From Candidatus Woesearchaeota archaeon (GTDB taxonomy: Archaea; Nanobdellota; Nanobdellia; SCGC-AAA011-G17; ARS1403), in NCBI GenBank assembly GCA_016188065.1, contig JACPIN010000020.1, positions 764 through 64,763 on the forward strand: a DNA stretch of 64,000 nt. The letters run 5' to 3'. The translations under genes and the position numbers were made by a program. The notes under the pieces are model-generated. The model ran no database searches and was not told the origin of the DNA. It saw only the letters and a program-made list of their open reading frames with translations. Numbering within the stretch: position 1 is the first letter of the stretch; each line of letters begins with the position of its first letter. Positions 30,042 through 39,452 of this stretch are shown here, piece after piece.

Positions 30042-31484
30042 ATGAAGCAACTTGAAAACAAAGTATTTTATTTTTTGACTGTCTTTTTAGGAATCATATT
30101 CCTGATAAATTTTATAAAAATAAGTTCTCTAGTGTCGTATTTTCCATTAAATGATTTCATGGACGGCACAAGCTATATGGGAAGATTAGCATTATTGATA
30201 AAATATGGTTATCATAGTTTTGCTCCTAACTGGTATAATGGATTTTATGTGCTGCAGCATTATGCTCCTGGCTGGTTTTTTTTTACGCTACCATTATATT
30301 GGCTGACAGAAAGTATTGAAATTTCAACTTTTATTTCTATGTTCCTTTCTTATCTATTAAGCCTAATATTCTTTATCATGTTAGGAAAAGAATTCAGAAT
30401 TTCTTTAATAAAATCAATAGCTTTTTTCTTACTGTTTTATCTCTCCCCTTCGGCGTTTTCAAGTTTTTTTAACTTGGGAAGGCTTCCTGAACTACTTGCC
30501 TTTACATTATTCATTCCTGCATTTGTTTTAATTTATAAAAATAGAGAGTTAAATAAAAAGTTCTTTTTCTTGTTCTTTCTATTATTCAGCATCTTAATGC
30601 TGCAGCAATCTTCAATAGTTGTTTTCTTTTCTTTTCTTGTACTTGGATTATTTTTTTTAATTAGCTGGAAACAAAGACTTATTTTAAGCATCTTGATGAT
30701 TGTTGCTTTATTGCTTTCCTTATTCTGGCTTATACCCTTTCTCAATGATGAGGGAACAGCATTACAATATATTCGAGGGATAACTGTAGCAAATTTCATT
30801 TCTTTTGGAACAATAATTTCAATATTATTTTTTATTAGCTTCTTATTTTTTTGGAATGGAAGAAATAGAAATCGACGTGATCTGATATTTTTCTTACCTA
30901 GCTTGATTCTTTGTTTTCTTTATGCGACAAGATTAGTTTCGTTTATACCAATCTTGGATAAGATATGGCCCAACTCTTATAACTTATTTTTTACTTTCTT
31001 AACAATATTTTTTATTCTGGCGACTCGCTTTCAAAATAATGTATATAAATTAGTTAATTTTAGTTTATATCTTATTCCATTACTTGTGTTATTAATACAC
31101 TTTTTGTATCCAGTTAATGGATTTGACTATGGTGATACTGAATATGAAATTATTTCTATGTTTGAAAATGTAAATGATAGGGTGCTGATTGTTTCTGCAG
31201 GGGAAAGACTCGTATCTACAAGATCCTTGCTTGCATATGCTACCCATTATTACAATATAACTACGCCTGATGGCTGGGGAGAGTTCAGTGTTCAGCAGAA
31301 ATTGTATGAAAATGTTGAAGACACGAAAATTGTAGAAAACAAAAGCTGTGAAGAGATTACCAATAATCTTATAGATTTAGAAATAAGACAGATAGTGGCT
31401 TTGTCTGATGCATGCAGGATTTTATCTGATTGCCAATATGACATGGTAATTAAAAAGGAAAATGTTTGTCTATTAAAATTATAA
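30042..31484 (+). CDS. Polytopic membrane protein, probable GT-C fold
   Basis: PNWYNGFYVLQHYAPG loop, GRLPELLA, many TMs. Confidence 0.6.
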   Translation: MKQLENKVFYFLTVFLGIIFLINFIKISSLVSYFPLNDFMDGTSYMGRLALLIKYGYHSFAPNWYNGFYVLQHYAPGWFFFTLPLYWLTESIEISTFISMFLSYLLSLIFFIMLGKEFRISLIKSIAFFLLFYLSPSAFSSFFNLGRLPELLAFTLFIPAFVLIYKNRELNKKFFFLFFLLFSILMLQQSSIVVFFSFLVLGLFFLISWKQRLILSILMIVALLLSLFWLIPFLNDEGTALQYIRGITVANFISFGTIISILFFISFLFFWNGRNRNRRDLIFFLPSLILCFLYATRLVSFIPILDKIWPNSYNLFFTFLTIFFILATRFQNNVYKLVNFSLYLIPLLVLLIHFLYPVNGFDYGDTEYEIISMFENVNDRVLIVSAGERLVSTRSLLAYATHYYNITTPDGWGEFSVQQKLYENVEDTKIVENKSCEEITNNLIDLEIRQIVALSDACRILSDCQYDMVIKKENVCLLKL

Positions 31485-31967
31485 AAACCTGTACAGAAGA
31501 GTTACCGTAATATAACTTAACACTCCAAAGAAAATTCCTCCTAGAACATCCCAAATGTCATGCTGTTTGAGCAATATCCTTGATGACCCTACTAAGATTA
31601 CTAGAATTGTAAAAAATAAAATCGTATATAAATCTGAAAAAATTCCAATCATAGATAATGATATCATTGTTATTCTTAAAGTATGGACACTTGGAAATGC
31701 ATGCCTGTCTGTTTTCATGAGGATTTTATTAAATCCTTTTAAAGAAGTCTCATTTTTTGTCTTCGCCGGTCTTGATTTTGAATAGATTATCTTGATTAGT
31801 GTTCCTAAAAGCATTCCGACAATAAGAAGCAAAAAAAGTTTAAGGCTCAGAATATACATCTTAAAGATAAACATTAGAATTATCAAAAAACAATAGAATG
31901 GTAGCCCCCCTAAAGCGGATATATCCGCGATTAATTTCATGAGAATTTGTTTATTCATTATCCCCAT
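31479..31967 (-). CDS. PAP2-family lipid/polyprenyl phosphate phosphatase
   Basis: KIIYSKSRP, AFPSVH, SRILLKQHDIWDVLGG (three PAP2 motifs). Start uncertain (31967 or 31958). Confidence 0.85.
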   Translation of the reverse strand: MGIMNKQILMKLIADISALGGLPFYCFLIILMFIFKMYILSLKLFLLLIVGMLLGTLIKIIYSKSRPAKTKNETSLKGFNKILMKTDRHAFPSVHTLRITMISLSMIGIFSDLYTILFFTILVILVGSSRILLKQHDIWDVLGGIFFGVLSYITVTLLYRFL

Positions 31968-32019
31968 TATGCCTTCATAATATTTATAAAGTGCATATAA
32001 AGGTTTCTCTATTGGTAAA

Positions 32020-33018
32020 ATGCGAGACGTTGTATTTGTTACTGGCACTCCTGGTTGGCTTGGCTCTGCATTAGTTGAGGCACTAAAAAAAAATAAAAGG
32101 AAGGTTCGATGTCTGGTGCTTAAAGGAGCATCATTATTACATTTGCAGAACTTAGGTGTTGAGATTGTAGAAGGGGATATTGCTGTTCCTTCTTCTATAA
32201 AAGATGATTATTTCACAGATGTTTGTACTGTTTTTCATTGCGCGGGGATTATTCATCCAAAATTATTTCGTGCGAGAGATTTCTATAAGATAAATCGAGA
32301 CGGCACTAAAAATTTACTTGAAAAATCTGTATCTGCAGGAGTGGAGAAATTTATCTATATTAGTAGTAATGCTGCAGCAGGAGTTAACAAAGTAAATGGA
32401 AATCTAATGCGAGAGGGGGATACTGAAAATCCTTATACAGATTACGGCAAAAGCAAATGGCAGGCTGAGCAAGTTGTTAAGGAATTTCAAAATAAAAGAT
32501 TAATTAAGACAGTAATAATCCGCCCATGCTGGTTCTACGGCCCTAAACTGCCAGACAGGATGATAAAATTAGCTAAAATGATAAAATCTGGAAAGCCTCT
32601 ACTGTTTGGAGATGGAAAGAATCTTAGAAGCATGACTTATGTGTATGACCTTGTTGATGCTTTGATTCTTGCTGAAAAAAATAATAATGCAATAGGTCAG
32701 ACCTACTGGATAACGGATGAAAGGCCATACACTACAATAGAAATCTATCGGACCATGGCAAAAATATTCGAAGTGGATAATTTAGAATTTAGAAAAATAC
32801 CTGCTTCAGTATCTATCGTTTTAGAATTAGTTGACAAAACCTTAGGAAAATTTGGAATATATGAGATTAATTTCCACGTCGGTGGAGAGATGACAAGAGA
32901 TATTGCAGTCAGTATAGAGAAAGCCAAAAATGAGCTCGGATGGAAACCTAAACATGGGGGATTAGAAGAAGGGATGAGAGAATCTTTGAAATGGGCGATG
33001 GAGAATAATTTAATATAA
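32020..33018 (+). CDS. NAD-dependent epimerase/dehydratase (SDR)
   Basis: VTGTPGWLG, YGKSK, RPCWFYGP. Confidence 0.85.
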   Translation: MRDVVFVTGTPGWLGSALVEALKKNKRKVRCLVLKGASLLHLQNLGVEIVEGDIAVPSSIKDDYFTDVCTVFHCAGIIHPKLFRARDFYKINRDGTKNLLEKSVSAGVEKFIYISSNAAAGVNKVNGNLMREGDTENPYTDYGKSKWQAEQVVKEFQNKRLIKTVIIRPCWFYGPKLPDRMIKLAKMIKSGKPLLFGDGKNLRSMTYVYDLVDALILAEKNNNAIGQTYWITDERPYTTIEIYRTMAKIFEVDNLEFRKIPASVSIVLELVDKTLGKFGIYEINFHVGGEMTRDIAVSIEKAKNELGWKPKHGGLEEGMRESLKWAMENNLI

Positions 33019-33037
33019 TTGATATTCAAATTATTTT

Positions 33038-34063
33038 ATGAAAAAGGTTTTAATCACCGGGGGTTCTGGATTCTTTGGAGAACATCTTGCTGAAAGAATT
33101 CTTAAAGAAAATAATGAGATAGTTATATTTGATATTAATACCCCTTCTGAAAAAATTAAAAACTATGTAAAGTTTATCAGTGGCGACATAACAAACAAAC
33201 AAGAAATTATGAACGCCTGCAAAAATATTGACCTAGTCTACCATTCTGTTGCACTTGTCCCAATATCACGTGCAGGAGATCTTTTTCACAAAGTTAATGT
33301 TGTTGGTACAAGGAATCTTCTTGAGGCGTGTTTGATTAATAGAGTAAAAAAGGTTATACATATTTCCAGCAGCTCAGTTTATGGAATCCCCAGGGAATTT
33401 CCGTTGAAAGAAGATTCTGAATTAAGGCCTTTTGGTGAATATGCATCGACAAAATATCAGGCTGAGGAAATGTGCATGGAATATATAAAGAAAGGTATTA
33501 GTATAACAATTATCAGACCCAGAACAATTGTCGGCGAGGGAAGACTTGGGATTGTTGGAGTTATGTTTGATTGGATGCGCCGTGGAAAAAACATTTACTT
33601 GATTGGTTCTGGCAAAAACTATTATCAATTTATAAGCCCTTCTGATCTTGCAGATGCTTGCGTTCTGGCTGCTAAAAAAAATTACAATGAAGTTTTCAAT
33701 ATAGGAGCTGAGCAGTACAGAACATTAAGAGAAGATTTGACTGCATTAGCAGATTATGCCGGGAGCGGTGCAAAAGTTGTTGGCTTCCCATCTTCAGTGA
33801 TAAAATCCGGATTGTGGGTTCTTGATGTATTAAAATTGTCACCTTTTGTCTACTGGCATTATATGACTATCGACAAGAATTATGCTTTTGATGTAACTAA
33901 AGCAAAAAATATGCTTGGGTGGAAGCCGGAAAAGAGTAATTTTGATTGTCTCAAGGAAGCATATGACTGGTATCTAAAGAATTATAAAAATTTGAAATAT
34001 GGAAACACACACAAATCAGTTCCAAAACAGAAGCTACTAAAGATCGTGAGGGCATTTTCATGA
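33038..34063 (+). CDS. NAD-dependent epimerase/dehydratase (SDR)
   Basis: ITGGSGFFG, SSSSVYG, YASTK, RPRTIVGEGRLG. Confidence 0.85.
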   Translation: MKKVLITGGSGFFGEHLAERILKENNEIVIFDINTPSEKIKNYVKFISGDITNKQEIMNACKNIDLVYHSVALVPISRAGDLFHKVNVVGTRNLLEACLINRVKKVIHISSSSVYGIPREFPLKEDSELRPFGEYASTKYQAEEMCMEYIKKGISITIIRPRTIVGEGRLGIVGVMFDWMRRGKNIYLIGSGKNYYQFISPSDLADACVLAAKKNYNEVFNIGAEQYRTLREDLTALADYAGSGAKVVGFPSSVIKSGLWVLDVLKLSPFVYWHYMTIDKNYAFDVTKAKNMLGWKPEKSNFDCLKEAYDWYLKNYKNLKYGNTHKSVPKQKLLKIVRAFS

Positions 34064-34935
34064 ACAGATTTTTAAAATTCATATATGAAGGGATTAGATT
34101 ATGCAGACCCCATCAATGGTATAAAAATCTTTTAATTTTTCTACCAATTGTCTTTTCAAAGAATCTACTGACTGCAGAATTATGGTCTCCATTAATTCTT
34201 GGCTTTATCTCTTTAGTATTGATTTCATCTGTTAATTATATTTTCAATGATGCAATTGATTACCAAAAAGACAGAAAAAACCCTGAAAAGATGCACAGGC
34301 CAATAGCTTCCGGAATAATTTCCAGCTGGCGTGCTTCTATAATTGCAATGTTGTTATTATTTGGAGCATTGTACGTCTCTTTCTCTCTCAATATTATCTT
34401 TTTTTATATTGTGATCATGCTATTCTTTTTGACATTGATTTATTCTGTTTATCTTAAAAACGAATTGTTTGCAGACATTATAATTATTGGAATAAACTTT
34501 GTATTGAGGACAATTAGCGGTTCTATTCTGATGAATGCTGAAATCAGTCCTTGGGTAATAATATGCGTGTTCTTTTTCACATTGTTCCTTACTGTTGGAA
34601 AAAGGTATAGCGAGATAATTTTTCTCAAAGATGGTGCTTCTAATCACAGAAAAGTTCTTAATGAATATGACTCAAAAACATTAAACTCACTTATGGATAT
34701 AAGCACAACCGTTTTTATTATCACATTTAGCATTTTTACATTTTTCTCGCAACATAGCCAGAACCTAATCTATCTAGTTCCACTATTTGTGTATGTGATA
34801 TTAAGATATACCTGGCTTATTCGAAATGGGTCCATTATTGCAAGACATCCTGAGAAAATATACAAAGACAAGAAACTTTTTGTTTCGTTGCTGCTTTTTA
34901 TTTTCTTAAGCACTCTACTGATTTACTTCCCATAA
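34060..34935 (+). CDS. UbiA-family polyprenyl-phosphate phosphoribosyltransferase (DPPR-synthase-like)
   Basis: RPHQWYKNLLIF, YIFNDAIDYQKDRKNPEK.HRPIASG, YSVYLK, GKRYSE, HRKVL.EY. Confidence 0.8.
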   Translation: MNRFLKFIYEGIRLCRPHQWYKNLLIFLPIVFSKNLLTAELWSPLILGFISLVLISSVNYIFNDAIDYQKDRKNPEKMHRPIASGIISSWRASIIAMLLLFGALYVSFSLNIIFFYIVIMLFFLTLIYSVYLKNELFADIIIIGINFVLRTISGSILMNAEISPWVIICVFFFTLFLTVGKRYSEIIFLKDGASNHRKVLNEYDSKTLNSLMDISTTVFIITFSIFTFFSQHSQNLIYLVPLFVYVILRYTWLIRNGSIIARHPEKIYKDKKLFVSLLLFIFLSTLLIYFP

Positions 34936-34982
34936 CCCTTAAATACTTTAGTGAAACTTTATGTATACTATTCAGAGAGAAT

Positions 34983-36455
34983 ATGAATAGAGAAATACTA
35001 CTAATACAACCAAAAGCAGGTAGCTGGGAAACCTTAGGAATCAGACCCCCTGATGGGCTTTTAACTCTCGCGGCTATACCTAAAAAAGAAGGATACAATA
35101 TAAAAATATTAGATCTCAGATTGGAAAGAGATTGGAGATCCGTTGTTAGAAAACATGTTGAAAATGGACCTTTACTTGTTGCTACAACTTCTATGACTGG
35201 TCCTCAAATAAAATATGCTTTGGAACTTTCTCAATTTGTTAAGCAAATAGACAAATCAGTTCCTATCATATGGGGGGGATTGCATCCGACATTTTTACCT
35301 GAGCAAACTCTTGAAAATGAAAGCATCGACATTGTTGTTATTGATGAGGGAGATTTGACTTTCATTGATCTAATAAAGACCATTGAGAAAAACAAACCAT
35401 TAAAAGATGTGCTCGGAATTGCTTACAAAGATTCAGAAGATAAGATACATAAAAACCCCCCTCGAGGATTAATAAAAGATTTAGATACTCTTCCAGATAC
35501 TCCTTATGATTTAATAGATCTAAAAAAATATTATGGATTGGACATTGAGAAAGGAGAACCCTCAATAACCCTTATGACAAGCAGAGGATGCCCCTTTAAA
35601 TGCAATTTCTGCTATGATACAAAACTTTATGGAAATACTTGGAGAGCTTATTCTGTAGAAAGAACAATAAATATGATTAAAGATGTTGTTGAAAAATTTG
35701 GTGTTAAGAACATTTATTTCCAAGATGATAATTTTGCTACAAACTTGAAAAGATTCAAAGACATTATTCACAGAATTATTTAAGAGAAGATAGACATCAA
35801 ATTCGGGTTGCTTGGGATAAGAGTAGATACTCTCCAAATACTTGATGATAATTTTCTAAAGGACTTGAGTAGATCGGGCTGTGTTAACATTGATTCAGGT
35901 ATAGAATCTGGGAATGACAGGATTCTGAAGATGATTAGAAAGGGCATTACTTCACAACAAGTCAGAGAAGTGAATAAGAAAATGGGGAGATATAATTTCA
36001 ATGCCAAATATACATTCATTCTTGGCTATCCCTCTGAAACTAAAGATGAAATGATGGATTCTGTAAGGCTGGCACTGCAACTAGTAAAGGACAATAAAAA
36101 TGCGTACACCCCATTTTTTGTTTATGCTGCTTATCCTGGTGTTGGCCTTTGGGAGATTGCAAAACAATATGGACTTGAAGAACCTAAAAAATTAGAAGAT
36201 TGGTGCACAATTGATTTTGATAACGCCTACAATAATTATCCCTGGTTGAATGAAAAACAAATAAAAATAATAAAGAATATTGCATTCACTTCATTTTTTG
36301 CCAATAAAAACATAAAATATAAGATTTCCAGAAGATATCTAAGATTATTATTTGATCTTTACCAGCCATTTGCAAAATTAAGATTTAGATATAACCTTTA
36401 TCAGTTTCCAATTGACAGGGTATTGGCTAAGTCAGTAGCAAACTCAATGTACTGA
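34983..36455 (+). pseudogene. B12-binding radical SAM protein interrupted by an in-frame TAA (35781-35783)
   Basis: WGGLHPT, TSRGCPFKCNFC, FQDDNF. After the TAA the same frame continues EKIDIKFGLLGIRVD...GIESG...LGYPSET to 36455. Confidence 0.75.
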
Positions 36456-36496
36456 TTTTCAATACTCTTAAAAATGTTTTTTCCTAGATCCTATCG

Positions 36497-38074
36497 ATGA
36501 GATATAGGATGAAGATTGCACTTTTTTTGATAGTCCTAATGATTGCAGTCGCACTGAGAGTTTATTCAATGCAACATTATGTCGGTGTTAATTCTAATGG
36601 TTTTAATGCTGAGCCATTATATGGTGATGAAGCAGCTTATTATGAACTTGGGAGAAATGTTTACTTAGGAGAAGGGCCTGTAGAATACGTTGTCTGGGAT
36701 TTATGGGCACATAATGAGGTTCCTCATTTGCATTCTTTTTGGCCGCCGTTTTTTGCATATCTTATAGGGGCATTATTTTATATTTTTGGTGAAAGCATTT
36801 TTGTAATAAGGTTATTTGCATTTATCATCTCTTTACTAACGGTAATTTTAACTTATTATATTGGAAGTAAAATTTATGATAATAAAATTGGATTAATTGC
36901 AATGTTTCTAATTGCAATTAATCCATTTCATATTTTTCATTCCGGACTTATCATGATTGAGAATTTATTTACTTTTTTTGTATTGCTATTCATATTTTTT
37001 GCATATAAATCCTTTTACCATGGAAAATTAATTTATTGGATTTTACTTGGATTGAGCTTGGGGATAGCGACTATAACAAGGTATTTCGGATTTTTATTGT
37101 TAATAGGTTTGATGATTATTATTTTCATCAGAAGAAAAAATATAAAAATAAGTTATGCATTGATTTCACTTATAATTTTCCTTTTTGTGATTCTCCCAGT
37201 TGGAATCCAAACATATAAGAATTTTGGATCTCCGTTTTACTCTACAAGCACCTACATGAAATATGTTGATCATAGGGTTAGCTATTATGAGCCAAATCCG
37301 CCAAGCCTTGAAAAATATTTGAGCAGACCGATTGGAGAATTAGTTTATGAACGCCTTTACGGTGTTGGAAGGGTAATTGTCCTTTTCCCTCAAATTATTA
37401 CCCCAATAATATTTGCATTACTATTTTTATCATTAATTTTCATTGATAGATTTTCTAAATTTGTATTAACTTTTTTTGTAATATTTTATTTTTTTATTAT
37501 ACTTTCAATAGGTCCAGGATATTTAATAGGGGAAAGGTACCTAATATATTTTGTTCCATCACTTTTAATAATAGCTGCTTACTCTATGAAAAGTTTGGTT
37601 GATAAAGATAATAGACATATTAAACATGCTGTTGTAGCAATGTTAATCTTTACATTTTTATTTTCTTCTGCGAGGATAATAAATTTTTTTGACGAGTATC
37701 CGACTCCTGAGCAAAGAAACATCCTTGGATTCAATGACAAAGATATCTATGAAATGAGTTTGTGGATAAAGAGAAATACGCATAAAGATGATGTAATGAT
37801 GTCCGACTCTTTTTCCATTTCAAGATTTTTTTTCGATAGAAGGATTGTTAATAACCCTTATCCGAGGATTATCTCAATGAACTTGAATGATTACTCTGAA
37901 GAAGCTAAAACAATCCATATTGATCAGGCCAAGAAATTTAATGTTTCTTATTTAATGATCACTCCAAGAAGCGGTGATAGGGAGGAAATATTGTATGGAT
38001 TTTCTGAGTTTGAGCCTGAACTTATAAAGAATATAAGTGGGGTTTACTTATACAAATTGGATAAGTCAAAATGA
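36497..38074 (+). CDS. GT-C (ArnT/PMT, GT39/83-like) glycosyltransferase
   Basis: YGDEAAYY (DE motif), WPPFFAY, INPFHIFHS..IMIENLF, ERYL. Confidence 0.85.
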   Translation: MRYRMKIALFLIVLMIAVALRVYSMQHYVGVNSNGFNAEPLYGDEAAYYELGRNVYLGEGPVEYVVWDLWAHNEVPHLHSFWPPFFAYLIGALFYIFGESIFVIRLFAFIISLLTVILTYYIGSKIYDNKIGLIAMFLIAINPFHIFHSGLIMIENLFTFFVLLFIFFAYKSFYHGKLIYWILLGLSLGIATITRYFGFLLLIGLMIIIFIRRKNIKISYALISLIIFLFVILPVGIQTYKNFGSPFYSTSTYMKYVDHRVSYYEPNPPSLEKYLSRPIGELVYERLYGVGRVIVLFPQIITPIIFALLFLSLIFIDRFSKFVLTFFVIFYFFIILSIGPGYLIGERYLIYFVPSLLIIAAYSMKSLVDKDNRHIKHAVVAMLIFTFLFSSARIINFFDEYPTPEQRNILGFNDKDIYEMSLWIKRNTHKDDVMMSDSFSISRFFFDRRIVNNPYPRIISMNLNDYSEEAKTIHIDQAKKFNVSYLMITPRSGDREEILYGFSEFEPELIKNISGVYLYKLDKSK

Positions 38075-39309
38075 AAGAAGATTTTTTTGCCTATATTATA
38101 ATAATCCTTGCATTTACTATCCCTCTGATTTTGCTAGTTAATCTGTCTTTTTGCGACCTTGATTCTGACGAATGTTTACTTCGCATTGAGCCTTTAATGC
38201 CTGATTTTTACTGGCATCATAATATTATCAAATATGTAGCTTCTCACGGGGATTTTCCTGATTATGTGCTTGGATATGAAGACGGAGGAGAATCTGGCGA
38301 TTCCCTATATGGAAAGACGAAACCTGTTTTACATAGCCCATTATATTATTATATCGCTGCTGGAGTTTTAATCCTTTCAAAGAAATTTTCTCTTAACCCA
38401 CTTCTAAACCTGCATATACTCTCCTTGCTCTTTACCCTTATAGCCAATATATTCTTTTATTTTTTTACTAAAAAAATTTCTGCAGGGATGTACAAAAAAA
38501 ATCGTTTCACTATCTCGGCTATTGCGCTTTCTGTTTTCCTGCCAATTAATCTTTATATGGGATTGGCCATACATAATCATGCATTTTTTTATGCTATGGC
38601 TATGTTAAGCCTTTATCTATTTGCATTATTTAATGAAAAGAATAGCTTATTCATGGCATTAGCTTTTGGAATCATTCTGGGAGTATCTCTTTTATCGAAT
38701 TTAATTGGAATAACCCTGCTCGTGGCGCTACTCATTTACATTGCCTATATTATACATGGGCGGGAATTTAACGAAGCTAGACTACTTATAATTTCACTAT
38801 TGATTGGGAGCTTTATCGGTGCCTTTGTTTTGGCCAGGAATTATATCTTATTTGGCGAGTTTATCTGGGCCGGACTTTTTGAGCCAGTTACAAGAAACGC
38901 TTTTGTTTTACTTCATGTTTTAACCTCTTATTTCGGGGGGGTATATGGAAGGATCCCTTTTATTTTTCCTTTAGCGGGACTTGCAAGTTTATTTGTATTG
39001 ATAGTTAGTGTTTTTGGTTTTTTTAACCCTCTGATGTGGAAAAAAGATCTGCAGTATATATGGATTATTGGAATATTAACCCTAATTTTTGGATTCAATA
39101 CGGTGTGCAGCGTATTTTCTTTTTTCAAAACTTTTTCTTGTACAGGAAATATTGTACATGGAAGATATTTTCTTTTAGCAAATCCCCTCCTTATTCTGTT
39201 TTTTTCATCTGGTTTTGCTAGATTTATTAAAAATAAAAAAATATTTTATTTTATTCTAGCGCTCATCTGTACTTTATATTTAATAGATTTCATGTACGCC
39301 TTTTTTTAA
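38071..39309 (+). CDS. Polytopic membrane protein, probable GT-C glycosyltransferase
   Basis: PDFYWHH, HSPLYYY, RNYILFG, HGRYF; about 11 TMs; ATGA overlap with the preceding GT-C gene. Confidence 0.65.
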   Translation: MKEDFFAYIIIILAFTIPLILLVNLSFCDLDSDECLLRIEPLMPDFYWHHNIIKYVASHGDFPDYVLGYEDGGESGDSLYGKTKPVLHSPLYYYIAAGVLILSKKFSLNPLLNLHILSLLFTLIANIFFYFFTKKISAGMYKKNRFTISAIALSVFLPINLYMGLAIHNHAFFYAMAMLSLYLFALFNEKNSLFMALAFGIILGVSLLSNLIGITLLVALLIYIAYIIHGREFNEARLLIISLLIGSFIGAFVLARNYILFGEFIWAGLFEPVTRNAFVLLHVLTSYFGGVYGRIPFIFPLAGLASLFVLIVSVFGFFNPLMWKKDLQYIWIIGILTLIFGFNTVCSVFSFFKTFSCTGNIVHGRYFLLANPLLILFFSSGFARFIKNKKIFYFILALICTLYLIDFMYAFF

Positions 39310-39452
39310 TTTTATCAAAGGTCATACTTAAAAGATGTTAAAATGTCGGTTGCCCGAAAGCTTTATATAGAGGGTGTGTTTCTATATCGATAATTAAACG
39401 AGGTTGATATCAATTGCATTTATCTAAAATAAATCAAAGGGGTGTGTATATA

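Noticed and set aside
35781..35783. Stop-codon reassignment or readthrough
   Set aside because: TAA, TAG and TGA all terminate conserved genes normally in this window, and this is the only in-frame case.
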